A stretch of DNA of 64,000 nucleotides, from contig CAYOJJ010000018.1 in NCBI GenBank assembly GCA_964404255.1, positions 356 to 64,355 of the forward strand, written 5' to 3'. Positions within the stretch are counted from its first letter, which is position 1. The number at the start of each line of letters is the position of its first letter. This document shows positions 62,896-64,000 of this stretch, in pieces. Made by a program: the position numbers and the translations under genes. The DNA is from an uncultured Alphaproteobacteria bacterium. GTDB taxonomy: Bacteria > Bacteroidota > Ignavibacteria > Palsa-1295. A model generated the notes under the pieces. That model was not told where the DNA came from. It ran no database searches and was given only the letters and a program-made list of their open reading frames with translations.

Positions 62896-63633
62896 TTATT
62901 CGAAACTCATTGCCACAGCAACAGCAGTGATTGCTGCCGTTTCAGCACGGAGCCTGCGTTTGCCAAGCGAAGCAACAATCGCCCCATAGCGCACCCTTGA
63001 AAGGGCAACTTCTCTATCGGTAAAACCGCCTTCGGGTCCGATAAATAAAGCGATCTTTTCTTCCTTAAGGTCTTCCATATACGAATGAAGCGATTGTTTA
63101 TTGTCTATCGCTTCATGAAGTACAACGATCTTACGACCTTCTTTTACCAACAACGATAATACTTCTTCGAACGAGCTTATTTCTGCAAAGGTTGGCATCG
63201 TAGCTCGAAAGGTTTGCTTACAACCAACTTTAAGCAGACGCTCTATCCTCTCTTTTTTGAATGAGCTACGTTCTACGCGTTCGCTCATTATCGGCATAAA
63301 GCCACTGGCACCAAGCTCTGTGCACCTCTCCACAATTTCTTCTAATTTTGAAGGCTGTGAGAGCATTGCTTGTATCAGGAGCACATCGATCTCCGGGTCA
63401 TTATGTCCTGCCAGCGTTTCCAGTATCTTGCAGGTGACAATGCTTTCCTTTTTCTCTTCAGTTATTTCTAAAACCGAAGCTTTATAACAGCGACCGCAAA
63501 GATCTGTTGCCCCCAGTATTTCACCGATTCGCACTCGAAGCGCCTTTGCTGCATGGTGGGCCTCATCTGCGCGAAGAATCAGTAGTCCTTCGTTCTGATC
63601 AACGTCGGAAGGATCGACAACAAAACACTCCAA
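62896..63633 (-). CDS. rsmE: 16S rRNA (uracil1498-N3)-methyltransferase
   Basis: PUA-like N-terminus (HHAAKALRVRIGE) and SPOUT C-terminus (FIGPEGGFT..E, LGKRRLRAETAAI). Confidence 0.85.
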   Translation of the reverse strand: MECFVVDPSDVDQNEGLLILRADEAHHAAKALRVRIGEILGATDLCGRCYKASVLEITEEKKESIVTCKILETLAGHNDPEIDVLLIQAMLSQPSKLEEIVERCTELGASGFMPIMSERVERSSFKKERIERLLKVGCKQTFRATMPTFAEISSFEEVLSLLVKEGRKIVVLHEAIDNKQSLHSYMEDLKEEKIALFIGPEGGFTDREVALSRVRYGAIVASLGKRRLRAETAAITAVAVAMSFE

Positions 63634-63634
63634 G

Positions 63635-64000
63635 TTATTCTACCTTTGTCTTAATGGTAGCGCTTTTACCATTTTTGCGGGTTGGAGTAAATGGCTCGAC
63701 AAGAATCTGGCGATCCATTGCATCGCCAATTCGGACCAACTCGCCCATCATTTCTTCGAACATTTCAAAGGTTAATGCTTGTGCACCATCGCTTAGCGAA
63801 CGAAGCGGGTCGTGATGTACTTCCACCATGATACCATCGGCTCCGACTGCAATAGATGCTCTTGACATTGGCACCACCATATCACGGCGGCCAGTGCCAT
63901 GCGAAGGATCAACTATCACCGGCAAATGCGAAAGCTGCTTCACTAACGGGACGGCACTTAAATCCGTCGTATAGCGCAGAGCGGTTTCAAAAGTTCTAAT
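63635..64000 (-). CDS. 3-deoxy-7-phosphoheptulonate (DAHP) synthase, class I-beta type (3' part only; continues beyond window)
   Basis: [17 protein letters not shown] and [13 protein letters not shown]. The frame stays open to nt 64000 ([23 protein letters not shown]...). Confidence 0.8.
   Translation of the reverse strand: MRTFETALRYTTDLSAVPLVKQLSHLPVIVDPSHGTGRRDMVVPMSRASIAVGADGIMVEVHHDPLRSLSDGAQALTFEMFEEMMGELVRIGDAMDRQILVEPFTPTRKNGKSATIKTKVE

Noticed and set aside
1-64000. I looked across the whole window for CRISPR arrays, IS elements or transposases, integrases, phage genes and toxin-antitoxin pairs.
   Set aside because: By eye I found no regularly spaced direct repeats, no transposase/integrase/recombinase-like ORFs and no small adjacent TA-like gene pairs. 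A computational repeat search could still find short repeats that I missed.

Overview
This is a chromosomal window, about 90% coding, from a T9SS-bearing bacterium of the FCB group (Bacteroidota / Ignavibacteriota-like). That placement is an inference from three proteins carrying Por/T9SS C-terminal sorting domains and from the gene content. I call 59 CDS, 2 tRNAs (Asp-GTC, Ala-GGC), 8 rho-independent terminators and one large structured non-coding element.

Most genes are housekeeping:
- gatA, cmk, pstS/pstC/pstA, comM/yifB, mrdA, ribBA, yajC, tgt, bamD, gdh
- nadB, coaE, pnp, rpsO, mutL, ftsY, pgsA, rsmE, and a partial DAHP synthase

The rest are secreted or outer-membrane proteins and orphan hydrolases (DUF2235, DUF900). 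I saw no CRISPR array, transposase, integrase or phage genes.

Most notable observations:
1. A 396-nt intergenic element (51553-51948) sits directly upstream of coaE. It is closed by a perfect 21-bp helix and contains nested helices. GNRA/UUCG loops and G-U pairs all favour the minus strand. It lacks the signature motifs of RNase P, tmRNA and SRP RNA.
2. A translationally coupled string runs PolB-like exonuclease - LolE-like permease - MutT - MutY - Ogg2, which is a complete 8-oxoguanine repair set.
3. The LolE-like gene encodes its conserved N-terminal transmembrane segment in frame but has no ATG, GTG or TTG to start it.
4. PNPase carries a 51-aa C-terminal Arg/Gly-rich (RGG/DRGG) tail.

All functional calls rest on motif recognition in the supplied translations. 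No database search was possible.
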